Shown here piece by piece: positions 36,887 through 44,539 of a DNA stretch of 64,000 nucleotides. Under the pieces are notes generated by a model. It worked only from the letters and a program-made list of their open reading frames with translations, was not told where the DNA came from and did not search any database. The position numbers and the translations under genes were made by a program. The stretch comes from Verrucomicrobiota bacterium (GTDB taxonomy: Bacteria; Verrucomicrobiota; Kiritimatiellia; Kiritimatiellales; Tichowtungiaceae): positions 6,777 to 70,776 of the forward strand of contig JAEIOF010000001.1 in assembly GCA_016342445.1 (NCBI GenBank), in the 5' to 3' direction. Positions within the stretch are counted from its first letter, which is position 1; each line of letters begins with the position of its first letter.

Positions 36887-37675
36887 TTAAGCGTCGGCCT
36901 GCCACTCCGGTTTGCCTTCATAGACCCAGCGATAATAGTCCGCCAGTTTCAAATCAGTTGCGGCGGCTTCGTCGATGAAAAGTTTTGCCGACGGGTGGTG
37001 CTGCAGGATCGACGCGGGCATGATGGAGGCCACCGGGCCCTCGACCGTAGCGGCCACGGCATCTGCCTTATTTGCGCCGAAGGCGAGCATGATGTTCATG
37101 CGCGCATCCATGATCGTGCCGATGCCCATCGTGATGCAGTGATGAGGAACCTTCGATTCGTCGCCGCCAAAGAAGCGGGCATTATCCGCCACGGTCTGGC
37201 GCGTCAGCGTTTTAATGCGGGTGCGCGAAGCGAATGATGAGGTCGGTTCGTTGAACCCGACATGCCCGTCGGAACCGATACCGAGCACCTGCAGATCGAT
37301 GCCGCCAGCATCTGCAATCGCCTGCTCGTAGGCCGCGCACGCGGCGGGAACATCTTCGGCCATGCCGTCGGGAACATGGGTATTCTCCAGCTTGATATTG
37401 ATCTGGCTGAAAAGATTTTCATTCATGAAACGCCGGTACGACTGCTCGTGATCCGCAGACAAACCGATGTATTCATCGAGGTTGAAAGTGACGACCTCGC
37501 TGAAGTCGAGCCCCTCCTCGTTATGCATGCGGATCAGTTCTTTATAGAGCGTCAGCGGTGTGCTGCCGGTCGCCAGGCCCAGCACCGCATCCGGTTTCGC
37601 ACGAACCAGCCGGGCAACAACCCGCGCAGCGGCACAGCTGCCTTCCTGCGCATCTTTTTTGATAATAATTTCCAT
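36887..37675 (-). CDS. nagB: glucosamine-6-phosphate deaminase
   Basis: 262-aa ORF with LGLATGSTP and LGIGSDGHVGFNEP signatures. Confidence 0.95.
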   Translation of the reverse strand: MEIIIKKDAQEGSCAAARVVARLVRAKPDAVLGLATGSTPLTLYKELIRMHNEEGLDFSEVVTFNLDEYIGLSADHEQSYRRFMNENLFSQINIKLENTHVPDGMAEDVPAACAAYEQAIADAGGIDLQVLGIGSDGHVGFNEPTSSFASRTRIKTLTRQTVADNARFFGGDESKVPHHCITMGIGTIMDARMNIMLAFGANKADAVAATVEGPVASIMPASILQHHPSAKLFIDEAAATDLKLADYYRWVYEGKPEWQADA

Positions 37676-38466
37676 TAAATGATCTCCGTCAAATTGTCAT
37701 CCATCGCCAGCATCCGACCCGTTTCCAAGGTTCGGAAAAGTTCCCCGTCCTGCCATTTGCTCAGGCGGTAGAGCGTGGCGAACGCAAAGTCCGGCACCGC
37801 GCCGCCCTGCCCGCCGACGAGTTCGCCGCCGCGGCGGACATTGTCCTGCATCCATGCCGGAAGCAGCAGGTGATAGGGATTGCGCGCCACTTCCTCAACG
37901 TGCAGCGAGGTCGCCGCAACCAGATCGGCCAGCGTCTGCGCATCGGCCTCAACCATCAGGTTGGGATCGTCCATCGCGCCCCAGAACTCGGCTTCAATCA
38001 CCGTGCAGGAAAAATCAGACGGCATTTCCGCCAGGGCTTCCATCACCAGAAAATGGGTGGCGATGTGGCGCGAGTTCCAATCCTTGGAATGCGGGAAAAA
38101 GAGGGCCTTGGGCTGCACCGCTTTCAGAATCTCAACAAGATCCTGTTTTTCCAGATTCTGGAAGCCGTTGCGTTGCTGAATGCCCCATCCCAGGTAATCG
38201 CAGGCGTCTTGGAGTTCGGCGGCACGGCCGGGCTGGCGCTCGACATTGCTGCCGAAGGTGACGGGAACATTGATGATCTGCATTCCGGCTTCACGCATCA
38301 GCCGCAACGGAAGCAGGCCGGTAATGCACTCATCATCCGGATGCGGAGAAAAGAGCAGAACCTTTTTGTCCGATTCGACCGGCGCGGTTTTTCCTTCAGC
38401 AACCAGCCCCTTGGCCGATTCGACATTGGCCTGAATGTTTTCAACAAATTTCAGATACGGGTTCAT
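37675..38466 (-). CDS. PIG-L/LmbE family N-acetylglucosaminyl deacetylase
   Basis: 263-aa ORF with the family motif LLFSPHPDDECITG. It is translationally coupled to its neighbours (ATGA and TAATG overlaps). Confidence 0.8.
   Translation of the reverse strand: MNPYLKFVENIQANVESAKGLVAEGKTAPVESDKKVLLFSPHPDDECITGLLPLRLMREAGMQIINVPVTFGSNVERQPGRAAELQDACDYLGWGIQQRNGFQNLEKQDLVEILKAVQPKALFFPHSKDWNSRHIATHFLVMEALAEMPSDFSCTVIEAEFWGAMDDPNLMVEADAQTLADLVAATSLHVEEVARNPYHLLLPAWMQDNVRRGGELVGGQGGAVPDFAFATLYRLSKWQDGELFRTLETGRMLAMDDNLTEII
38075..38163. repeat. iterated palindrome, 2 copies in the PIG-L deacetylase gene
   Basis: TTCCAATCCTTGGAA at 38075 and TTCCAGATTCTGGAA at 38149. A degenerate TTCCAAGGTTCGGAA lies at 37723. 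Confidence 0.9.
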
Positions 38467-39830
38467 GCTTTTCCTCCGATCATCGGAAGGCTGGCGGCGG
38501 CGACCGCCTGCCCGTGCCGTTTCATCTGTTCATCGGGCGTCGTGATGCTGATCTTTTCAGCCAGCGAAGGAAACTCCGCGCGCAAAACTGCTTCAGCTTT
38601 TTCAATAATGATCTGCCCGCCCTCGCCGCTGGTGACGCGTCCAAGGATAAGCAGATTACGGAAATCGTAGAAGTCGGAATAGTGAGCAATCGTGTAGCCG
38701 AAGCAGACGCCGATGGTTTCGTAGATCTGGCGGGCGCGCTGGTCGCCTTCGGCCATCAGGCGCTGCACCTCGACGAGCTGCTCAGCGAACGGCGTGTCCG
38801 CGGGAAACTCGATTCCGGCCAGCGGGGCAAGACGCGCCACGCCTTGCTGAGAGAAGAACTGCACGCCGCAGCCGGCGTCGCCGGACCACTCGTCGACGGG
38901 GCCGTTTTCGCGATAGTCGACCGGAACAAAGGCCAGTTCATTAAGCCAGGAGGTGATGTTGCCTTCGGGCGTCACATAACCCGCCGCGAGGCTGGTGCCC
39001 ATAGAAATGCCGAGTACCGCATCGTCTTTGAGCGACATTGCCCCGGCCAAGGCGGTCACTTCGCCGTCGTTGACCACATCGAACGGGATACCGCCCCATG
39101 CTTCTTTGAGCTGCTTGAAAATAGGGCGCACCTTTTCTTCGAACTGGTCGTCCGGCACGCCGCGGAAAAGCGACGCCACGCGCACTTCGTTATTCACATA
39201 GACGCCCGCCGCGCTGCCGCCGATTGCATCAACCCGAGGAAGGTGCTCCGCCGCCCGTTTGAGCGAGGCCATCGTGCCTTCAAAATGATACTGCGGATTC
39301 TTCTCAAAATAGGGATCCCATTTGATCTCTTCGGAGAAGACCACTTCGCCGTCGATGACGGCGGCGCACTTGCGGTCGGAACCGCCGAGGTCGAAGCCGA
39401 TGCGGCAGCCGTCGAGATGCCGGCCGAGAGCCGCGCCCTCCTGCGAGGGTTCCGGAATTTCATCCGCCGCCGCTTTTTCAATTTTCAGCGCATGGTCGTA
39501 AATTTTTTCACCGATGATTTCGGAGTCGAAGCGGCCGATAGCCGAAGCGGAATAATGTTTTTCCAACCTTTGGAAAATTTCGTCCGGTCCGGCAAACAGA
39601 ACGCGATTGCCGCCGATCGCCCAGAGCATTGCTTTGAGCAGGCGTTCCAAATATTGGAAACTCCGGTCGACATCCGACAGAACCTTCAGCGTACGCCGCG
39701 CCACAACCTTGTCGTTGCGGAACAATCCGATCGTCACAGCATCGGAACTGTTTTCGGCCTCCTGCTCGAATGACCGGTTCCAAAGAACCGCCGGAACAAA
39801 CTCAGAATCTAGAATCGGTTTTATTTTCAT
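38463..39830 (-). CDS. ASKHA-superfamily sugar kinase (ROK/BadF-like) with an N-terminal extension
   Basis: 455-aa ORF with the phosphate-1 motif IGFDLGGSDRK and later glycine-rich ATP motifs. It is the first gene of the amino-sugar operon. The substrate is not determinable from sequence. Confidence 0.6.
   Translation of the reverse strand: MKIKPILDSEFVPAVLWNRSFEQEAENSSDAVTIGLFRNDKVVARRTLKVLSDVDRSFQYLERLLKAMLWAIGGNRVLFAGPDEIFQRLEKHYSASAIGRFDSEIIGEKIYDHALKIEKAAADEIPEPSQEGAALGRHLDGCRIGFDLGGSDRKCAAVIDGEVVFSEEIKWDPYFEKNPQYHFEGTMASLKRAAEHLPRVDAIGGSAAGVYVNNEVRVASLFRGVPDDQFEEKVRPIFKQLKEAWGGIPFDVVNDGEVTALAGAMSLKDDAVLGISMGTSLAAGYVTPEGNITSWLNELAFVPVDYRENGPVDEWSGDAGCGVQFFSQQGVARLAPLAGIEFPADTPFAEQLVEVQRLMAEGDQRARQIYETIGVCFGYTIAHYSDFYDFRNLLILGRVTSGEGGQIIIEKAEAVLRAEFPSLAEKISITTPDEQMKRHGQAVAAASLPMIGGKA
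39561..39659. repeat. iterated palindrome, 2 copies in the ROK-like kinase gene
   Basis: TTCCAACCTTTGGAA at 39561 and TTCCAAATATTGGAA at 39645. Confidence 0.95.
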
Positions 39831-39939
39831 GCAGACAGAGTACCCACTCCGCCAAAAAACACGAAGATCAATAAATTAACTATTTTGACCATTTTTTAAC
39901 AATATTGACTTTACGAATTAACGTCGTTATTTTCGCTGC

Positions 39940-40800
39940 ATGAAACCAATCGATAAATCCCTGTTGGAATTGGAAGAGCCGGAAGATTATTTTCAGGGAG
40001 TCGGAAAGAGAAAACTGCCGACACCCACGGAACTTCTGCTGTTCTTTCGCCCGACACGGGAAAAGCTGCAGCAGGAAGCGTTGCAGAACCGGTCGCACCA
40101 TCGCTTTGTCCTGGCCTTCAATCTGAAAAGCAAAGGTCATGTGCATGTCGACCACCTCTCCCTGAACTTCCATCCGGGACAGGCTCTACTGATCCACCCC
40201 TATCAATTCCACCACTTCAGCCAGTTGGAGTCACCAAGCCTTCAGTGGCTCTTCTGCACCTTCGAACTGGAACCCGGCACATTTCTGGAACCGTTGCGCA
40301 ACCGGGTGGTCGATATAAGCGACAAAACGCAAAAACTGATCGAACAGCTCTTGCAAGAGTGGCATCAGGAATACCAACCGGAGGCTCTGCAAGCGATCCT
40401 GCTTCACCTGTTGCTTTCCCTAAAACTGGATCGGCAGAAAACGGGCAGCGACCTGCCCCCCGAGCCACGGGACAACCTTCTTCGAAGCATCAACCGCCTG
40501 CTGGCCGAATGGCGCGGACGCACCGTAACCGTTGCCGATCTGGCGGATGCACTGGGCCTTTCGGAATCGCGGTTGCGCGCGGTATTCAAGGAAACCGCCG
40601 GCATCCCGCTCGGCAGCTATATTCAAAACTACCGGATCAACCGATCTATGTCGCTTTTGCGCACCTCAACGCTGTCAATCACCGATGTCGCCGAAGAGGC
40701 CGGCTTCGGCTCTCCACAGGCGTTCAGCCGAATCTTCAAGAAAGAAACCGGCCAAACGCCTCGCTCCTACAGAATTAATCAGCCTTGTTGCGGCGGGTGA
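39940..40800 (+). CDS. AraC family transcriptional regulator
   Basis: 286-aa ORF with an N-terminal cupin-like sensor region and a C-terminal double HTH (..VADLADALGLSESRLRAVFKE.., ..ITDVAEEAGFGSPQAFSRIFKKETGQTPRSYR). It is divergent from the amino-sugar operon. Confidence 0.9.
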   Translation: MKPIDKSLLELEEPEDYFQGVGKRKLPTPTELLLFFRPTREKLQQEALQNRSHHRFVLAFNLKSKGHVHVDHLSLNFHPGQALLIHPYQFHHFSQLESPSLQWLFCTFELEPGTFLEPLRNRVVDISDKTQKLIEQLLQEWHQEYQPEALQAILLHLLLSLKLDRQKTGSDLPPEPRDNLLRSINRLLAEWRGRTVTVADLADALGLSESRLRAVFKETAGIPLGSYIQNYRINRSMSLLRTSTLSITDVAEEAGFGSPQAFSRIFKKETGQTPRSYRINQPCCGG

Positions 40801-41039
40801 CATCCGGATTAGCGGCCCTGTCGCCGTCACGGGCGGGGAAGGCATGACCCTCACGCGGGACAGCGCCTCCCGACAGGCCTACGATGTGGAAAGCCCGAGC
40901 AATCTGGCGACCCTCAACCGATGCTTCGAACATGTGCCGCGCATGATTTCCGGGAGCGCCGACAAAGTCGATCTGACCCGCGTTTTCACGACAATTCTAC
41001 CGTGAATTGTTTTTTACCCTACCAGTGTCACTTTTTTTA

Positions 41040-41216
41040 CTATTCGGAGAGGGTCAGTTTCCGTCCGGAGTCGATCCACTGCTGCAGGATAATTTTGCAG
41101 TATTTGCTTGTGGAAATATTCATCGAGGAGGCGCGGCGATCCAGCTCATTGGCCATTTTAAGCGCCATGTTGATTCCGATAGTTTTAGTATCTTTGCCGA
41201 TGGGGTTAGTTGCCAT
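41040..41216 (-). CDS. small ribbon-helix-helix (CopG/Arc-like) protein candidate
   Basis: The internal ATG at 41216 gives MATNPIGKDTKTIGINMALKMANELDRRASSMNISTSKYCKIILQQWIDSGRKLTLSE. This has a beta-strand plus two-helix pattern like RHH proteins. It is the last ORF of the secretin module. Confidence 0.45.
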   Translation of the reverse strand: MATNPIGKDTKTIGINMALKMANELDRRASSMNISTSKYCKIILQQWIDSGRKLTLSE

Positions 41217-41265
41217 ACGCTTGCCTTTTTCGGCGGAGCCGGTCTGACCGGCCCCGCCCGCTTTA

Positions 41266-42774
41266 TTATTCAAATGAACGAGCGGACACCGCGCCACTCG
41301 GCTGAACTTTACGAGCCGTCACGAAGATCATGAGGTTACGCTTCACAGCCCGCTCCCCTTCGGAACGGAACAGGCGCCCGATGAGCGGAACGCTCCCCAG
41401 CAGCGGAACCCGGTCTTCAAACGCTTCGATTTTCTCGCCGATTAGTCCGCCCAGCCCAACGGTGGCACCGTTGGCAACCGAAATTTCGGTTTTAATTTCG
41501 CGACGTTTAAAGACAGGCAATCTGGCAACCACCGGATCGTGCTCGAACTGCAAACCGATACGCTGCTGATAATAGGTGTAGGAGCTGTTGGCAGGTGCCA
41601 GCTGATACTGCTCCCATCCGAGAAGCTCGGTGATGCGCGGGTTGATTTTCATTTTGATCTCATCGTTGTTGATCGTGGGAGTCACTTCCATCTCAACCCC
41701 AAGGATTTTCTCCTCGAAGTCTTCGTATTTCACATGGACCATCGTTCCGCCCGTTCCGCCGGACTCATAGACTTCCGGATAGGAGTGGCGTTCGCCCACA
41801 ATAATGGTTGCGGATTCGCCGCTGAGGGTCGTGATACTCGGAGCGGAGAGAACGTCCACACCGGCGGTCTGATCGAGAGCATTGATCAGCAGATCAATCG
41901 CCGTTCCGTCCATCTCGCCGGACAAGGCGAGCGTGCCCGCATCCGCGCTGAACATGTCTTCGATCCGGTTAACACTCCACTCGCCGGTGGTTGAGCGGAC
42001 TTCACCCAGCCCCAGAGTTTCGGTCTGAGTAAACGGCACGCTGCGCAGGGCGTCGGAGAACAGGTTTTGATCGCCATCCAGGCTCCAGTTGCTGGGGAGA
42101 TCAACCCCGTCCGGAGCGGACCACCGGAAGCCCAGTTCTTCGAGTGCACCTTCGGAAAACTCAACGAAGCGGGCTTCGATTTCAACCTGCTCTGCGGAGG
42201 CCTGGGCTTCGGCTTCGCCGAACGCCGCCAATACTTCCTCGAGCTTGGAGAGATTCGCGGCCGTGTTTTTCACGAACAGTTTCTGCAGATCCGGCATATA
42301 GAGAGCGGAGGATCCTTTAGGAAAGTCCACCACGGAAAACTGATCCGCAATATCGGTTACCTGATCGACGCCTTCCAGAGACATGCTTTCCACGAAGCGT
42401 TCGGTCACGGGATAATACCGCAAAATCAGTCCCCAATCCAAATCGACCTTTTTCAGGGCCGCCTCTTCGGCATTCTTATGAGTCAGGACCTTTGCCTTCT
42501 TCGCCGCGGACCGTGCGGGGACAACCGCAACGGCCTCCAGCTCGACGACCGGGGCTTCTGCAACCACGACTGGTGCTTCTGCAACCACGACCGGGGCTTC
42601 TTCTACAACCACAGCAGGCGCCTCTGCCGCCACGCCCGAGGCTTCAGTCGCCGGGGCGTTCACGACAGAGTTGAGCTCGTTCAGAACTGATTGAACGGAT
42701 CCATTGTCCTGTTGTGCAAACACGGTCCCCATCATCAGCACACTGAGTATTAAAAAATTTGTAATCTGTTTCAT
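41266..42774 (-). CDS. secretin-family outer-membrane channel protein (paralog A)
   Basis: 502-aa ORF with a signal peptide, an (EAPVVVA)x3 linker, one N1-like domain (FPKGSSALYMPDLQKLFVKNTAANLSKLEEVL) and a secretin domain. The C-terminal signature is GLGGLIGEK...RVPLLGSVPLIGRLFRSEGERAVKRNLMIFVTARKV. Confidence 0.8.
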   Translation of the reverse strand: MKQITNFLILSVLMMGTVFAQQDNGSVQSVLNELNSVVNAPATEASGVAAEAPAVVVEEAPVVVAEAPVVVAEAPVVELEAVAVVPARSAAKKAKVLTHKNAEEAALKKVDLDWGLILRYYPVTERFVESMSLEGVDQVTDIADQFSVVDFPKGSSALYMPDLQKLFVKNTAANLSKLEEVLAAFGEAEAQASAEQVEIEARFVEFSEGALEELGFRWSAPDGVDLPSNWSLDGDQNLFSDALRSVPFTQTETLGLGEVRSTTGEWSVNRIEDMFSADAGTLALSGEMDGTAIDLLINALDQTAGVDVLSAPSITTLSGESATIIVGERHSYPEVYESGGTGGTMVHVKYEDFEEKILGVEMEVTPTINNDEIKMKINPRITELLGWEQYQLAPANSSYTYYQQRIGLQFEHDPVVARLPVFKRREIKTEISVANGATVGLGGLIGEKIEAFEDRVPLLGSVPLIGRLFRSEGERAVKRNLMIFVTARKVQPSGAVSARSFE

Positions 42775-42798
42775 GAGTTTCTCCTTTTCTTAAATCGT

Positions 42799-44421
42799 TC
42801 AGTTATTGAGCGCCGCAGCCGACCGGCTCTGCCCATTGTTATTCAACTGAGTGGCAGATACAAAGATCATGAGGTTGCGCTTGATGCTCTTCTCGCCTTC
42901 CGAACGGAACAGACGGCCCAGCAGAGGGATGCTGCCGAGGACGGGGACCTTGTCCTTGTAGGTTTCGAGACGGTCATAAATGAGTCCGCCCAGACCGACG
43001 GTGCTGCCGTCAGCAACCGCCACTTTGGTTTTGATTTCGCGCACCCGGAAATAGGGAAGTTGTCCGTTGATCGACGGGAGCGGGATGCCCAGCTCGTCAT
43101 GATGGATCGGAGCGCTCTGACTGTAATAACCGTATTGTGGAGATCGATAGTTGTCTGCGGGAACAGTATCGCTGCTGTCGTTGGGGTCATTATTATCCCC
43201 AAGGAACGGGGACAATGATTCCTGAGCCAGATTCCAAAGACCATTAACGGATGATGTGTTGAAGATCGGAAACCGTCCCTGCGGGCGAATGGTGTTCGCG
43301 CCATATCCGTTATAAACCATCATGGAGGCGTTCGGGGAGAGCTGATAGGTGTCGTAGCCGATCAGATCGATAATCTTCGGGTTGAGATCCAGACGGATCA
43401 GGTTGTTCTCCTGGATTTTCGGCGTCACGCTGAACTGAACGCCCATCAGCTCGGAATTCCAGTCGCTGTGCTCCACATGGATATTCACTTCTGACGATTT
43501 GGTCTGGAAGCCTTTCGGAACCATGCGGTCTTCACCCACCCAGATTTCAGCTTTTTTCCCGTCCGTGGTGGTCAGGCTCGGGGCGGAAAGCACATCGGAA
43601 TCACCGGCCTGCTCGAGAGCATCGATCGCAAGCGTCAAGGGCATCCAGCCGGTTTTGGTCAACACCATGGATCCAACTGCCGGGGCCCCGCCAAAGGCGG
43701 CGGCGGCCGTACGGATCCCGGCCCCAAATACGTCCTGATTCGGATTGACCATCCAGTCGGTATCAAACAGACGCGCTCCATCGCCGATATCCTGAATATC
43801 CCAGGTGAAGCCGAGCTGATTGAGTGTGCTCTGACTGACTTCAATAAATTTGGCGTTGATCTCAACCTGTTCGAAGTCCTGCTCCCCTTTTGCATAGGTG
43901 GCCAGGATGCTTTCAACCTGCGCGAGGTTGGACGGTGTGTTGCGCACCAGCAACTGCCCGTAAGCTGATTGGAAATCAGCCGAGGCCCCTTTCGGAAAGT
44001 CGACTCCGCTGAAGAAGGGCGTCACGTCCAGGAAGGCACCGCGCTGAACCCCGTCAATCTCCATCGCCTTGCTGATCGCGGGACTAACTCTGTAGGAGCG
44101 GAACAGAATATCGCCTGAATTGTCCCAACCATCGGTAACGGTTTGCAGCATCTCGTCACGGGTCGCCTCTTGCAGATCCCCGGCAAATGCCGACTGGATG
44201 CCGTACGCTGTGTTGCGAAGTTCGTCACTGGTGTAGCCCATCACATCCGCGACGACTTTAACGGTATCAGCCGGAAGATCTTTCACGGCATCTACGACGG
44301 ATTCGAGCACCACGTCACTTTCATCCGGCAATCCGGTCGGCGAGGTGATCACCACTTCAGCCGATGCGAATCGTGCAAACGCCGATGCGACTGTTATGAG
44401 CCAAACAATACTTTTCTTCAT
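42799..44421 (-). CDS. secretin-family outer-membrane channel protein (paralog B)
   Basis: 540-aa ORF with a signal peptide, an N1-like domain (FPKGASADFQSAYGQLLVRNTPSNLAQVESIL) and a secretin domain. The C-terminal signature is GLGGLIYDR...KVPVLGSIPLLGRLFRSEGEKSIKRNLMIFVSATQL. Confidence 0.8.
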   Translation of the reverse strand: MKKSIVWLITVASAFARFASAEVVITSPTGLPDESDVVLESVVDAVKDLPADTVKVVADVMGYTSDELRNTAYGIQSAFAGDLQEATRDEMLQTVTDGWDNSGDILFRSYRVSPAISKAMEIDGVQRGAFLDVTPFFSGVDFPKGASADFQSAYGQLLVRNTPSNLAQVESILATYAKGEQDFEQVEINAKFIEVSQSTLNQLGFTWDIQDIGDGARLFDTDWMVNPNQDVFGAGIRTAAAAFGGAPAVGSMVLTKTGWMPLTLAIDALEQAGDSDVLSAPSLTTTDGKKAEIWVGEDRMVPKGFQTKSSEVNIHVEHSDWNSELMGVQFSVTPKIQENNLIRLDLNPKIIDLIGYDTYQLSPNASMMVYNGYGANTIRPQGRFPIFNTSSVNGLWNLAQESLSPFLGDNNDPNDSSDTVPADNYRSPQYGYYSQSAPIHHDELGIPLPSINGQLPYFRVREIKTKVAVADGSTVGLGGLIYDRLETYKDKVPVLGSIPLLGRLFRSEGEKSIKRNLMIFVSATQLNNNGQSRSAAALNN

Positions 44422-44539
44422 TCTCTGCTCCTTGCATTTTGGGGGTTGTATCCGCGACCTCGCAAACTTACAACCCGCTGTTCCCTGACCCTATTATCCT
44501 GCCGATATCTCCCGCTGGAGCCCCGGCCCATGAAACTCT

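Noticed and set aside
40801-41005. Open reading frame continuing about 68 codons past the araC stop in another frame (..MTLTRDSASRQAYDVESPSNLATLNRCFEHVPRMISGSADKVDLTRVFTTILP).
   Set aside because: It belongs to an out-of-frame ORF overlapping araC and has no start context or motif. It could be a remnant of a disrupted gene at the module boundary, but that is unsupported.
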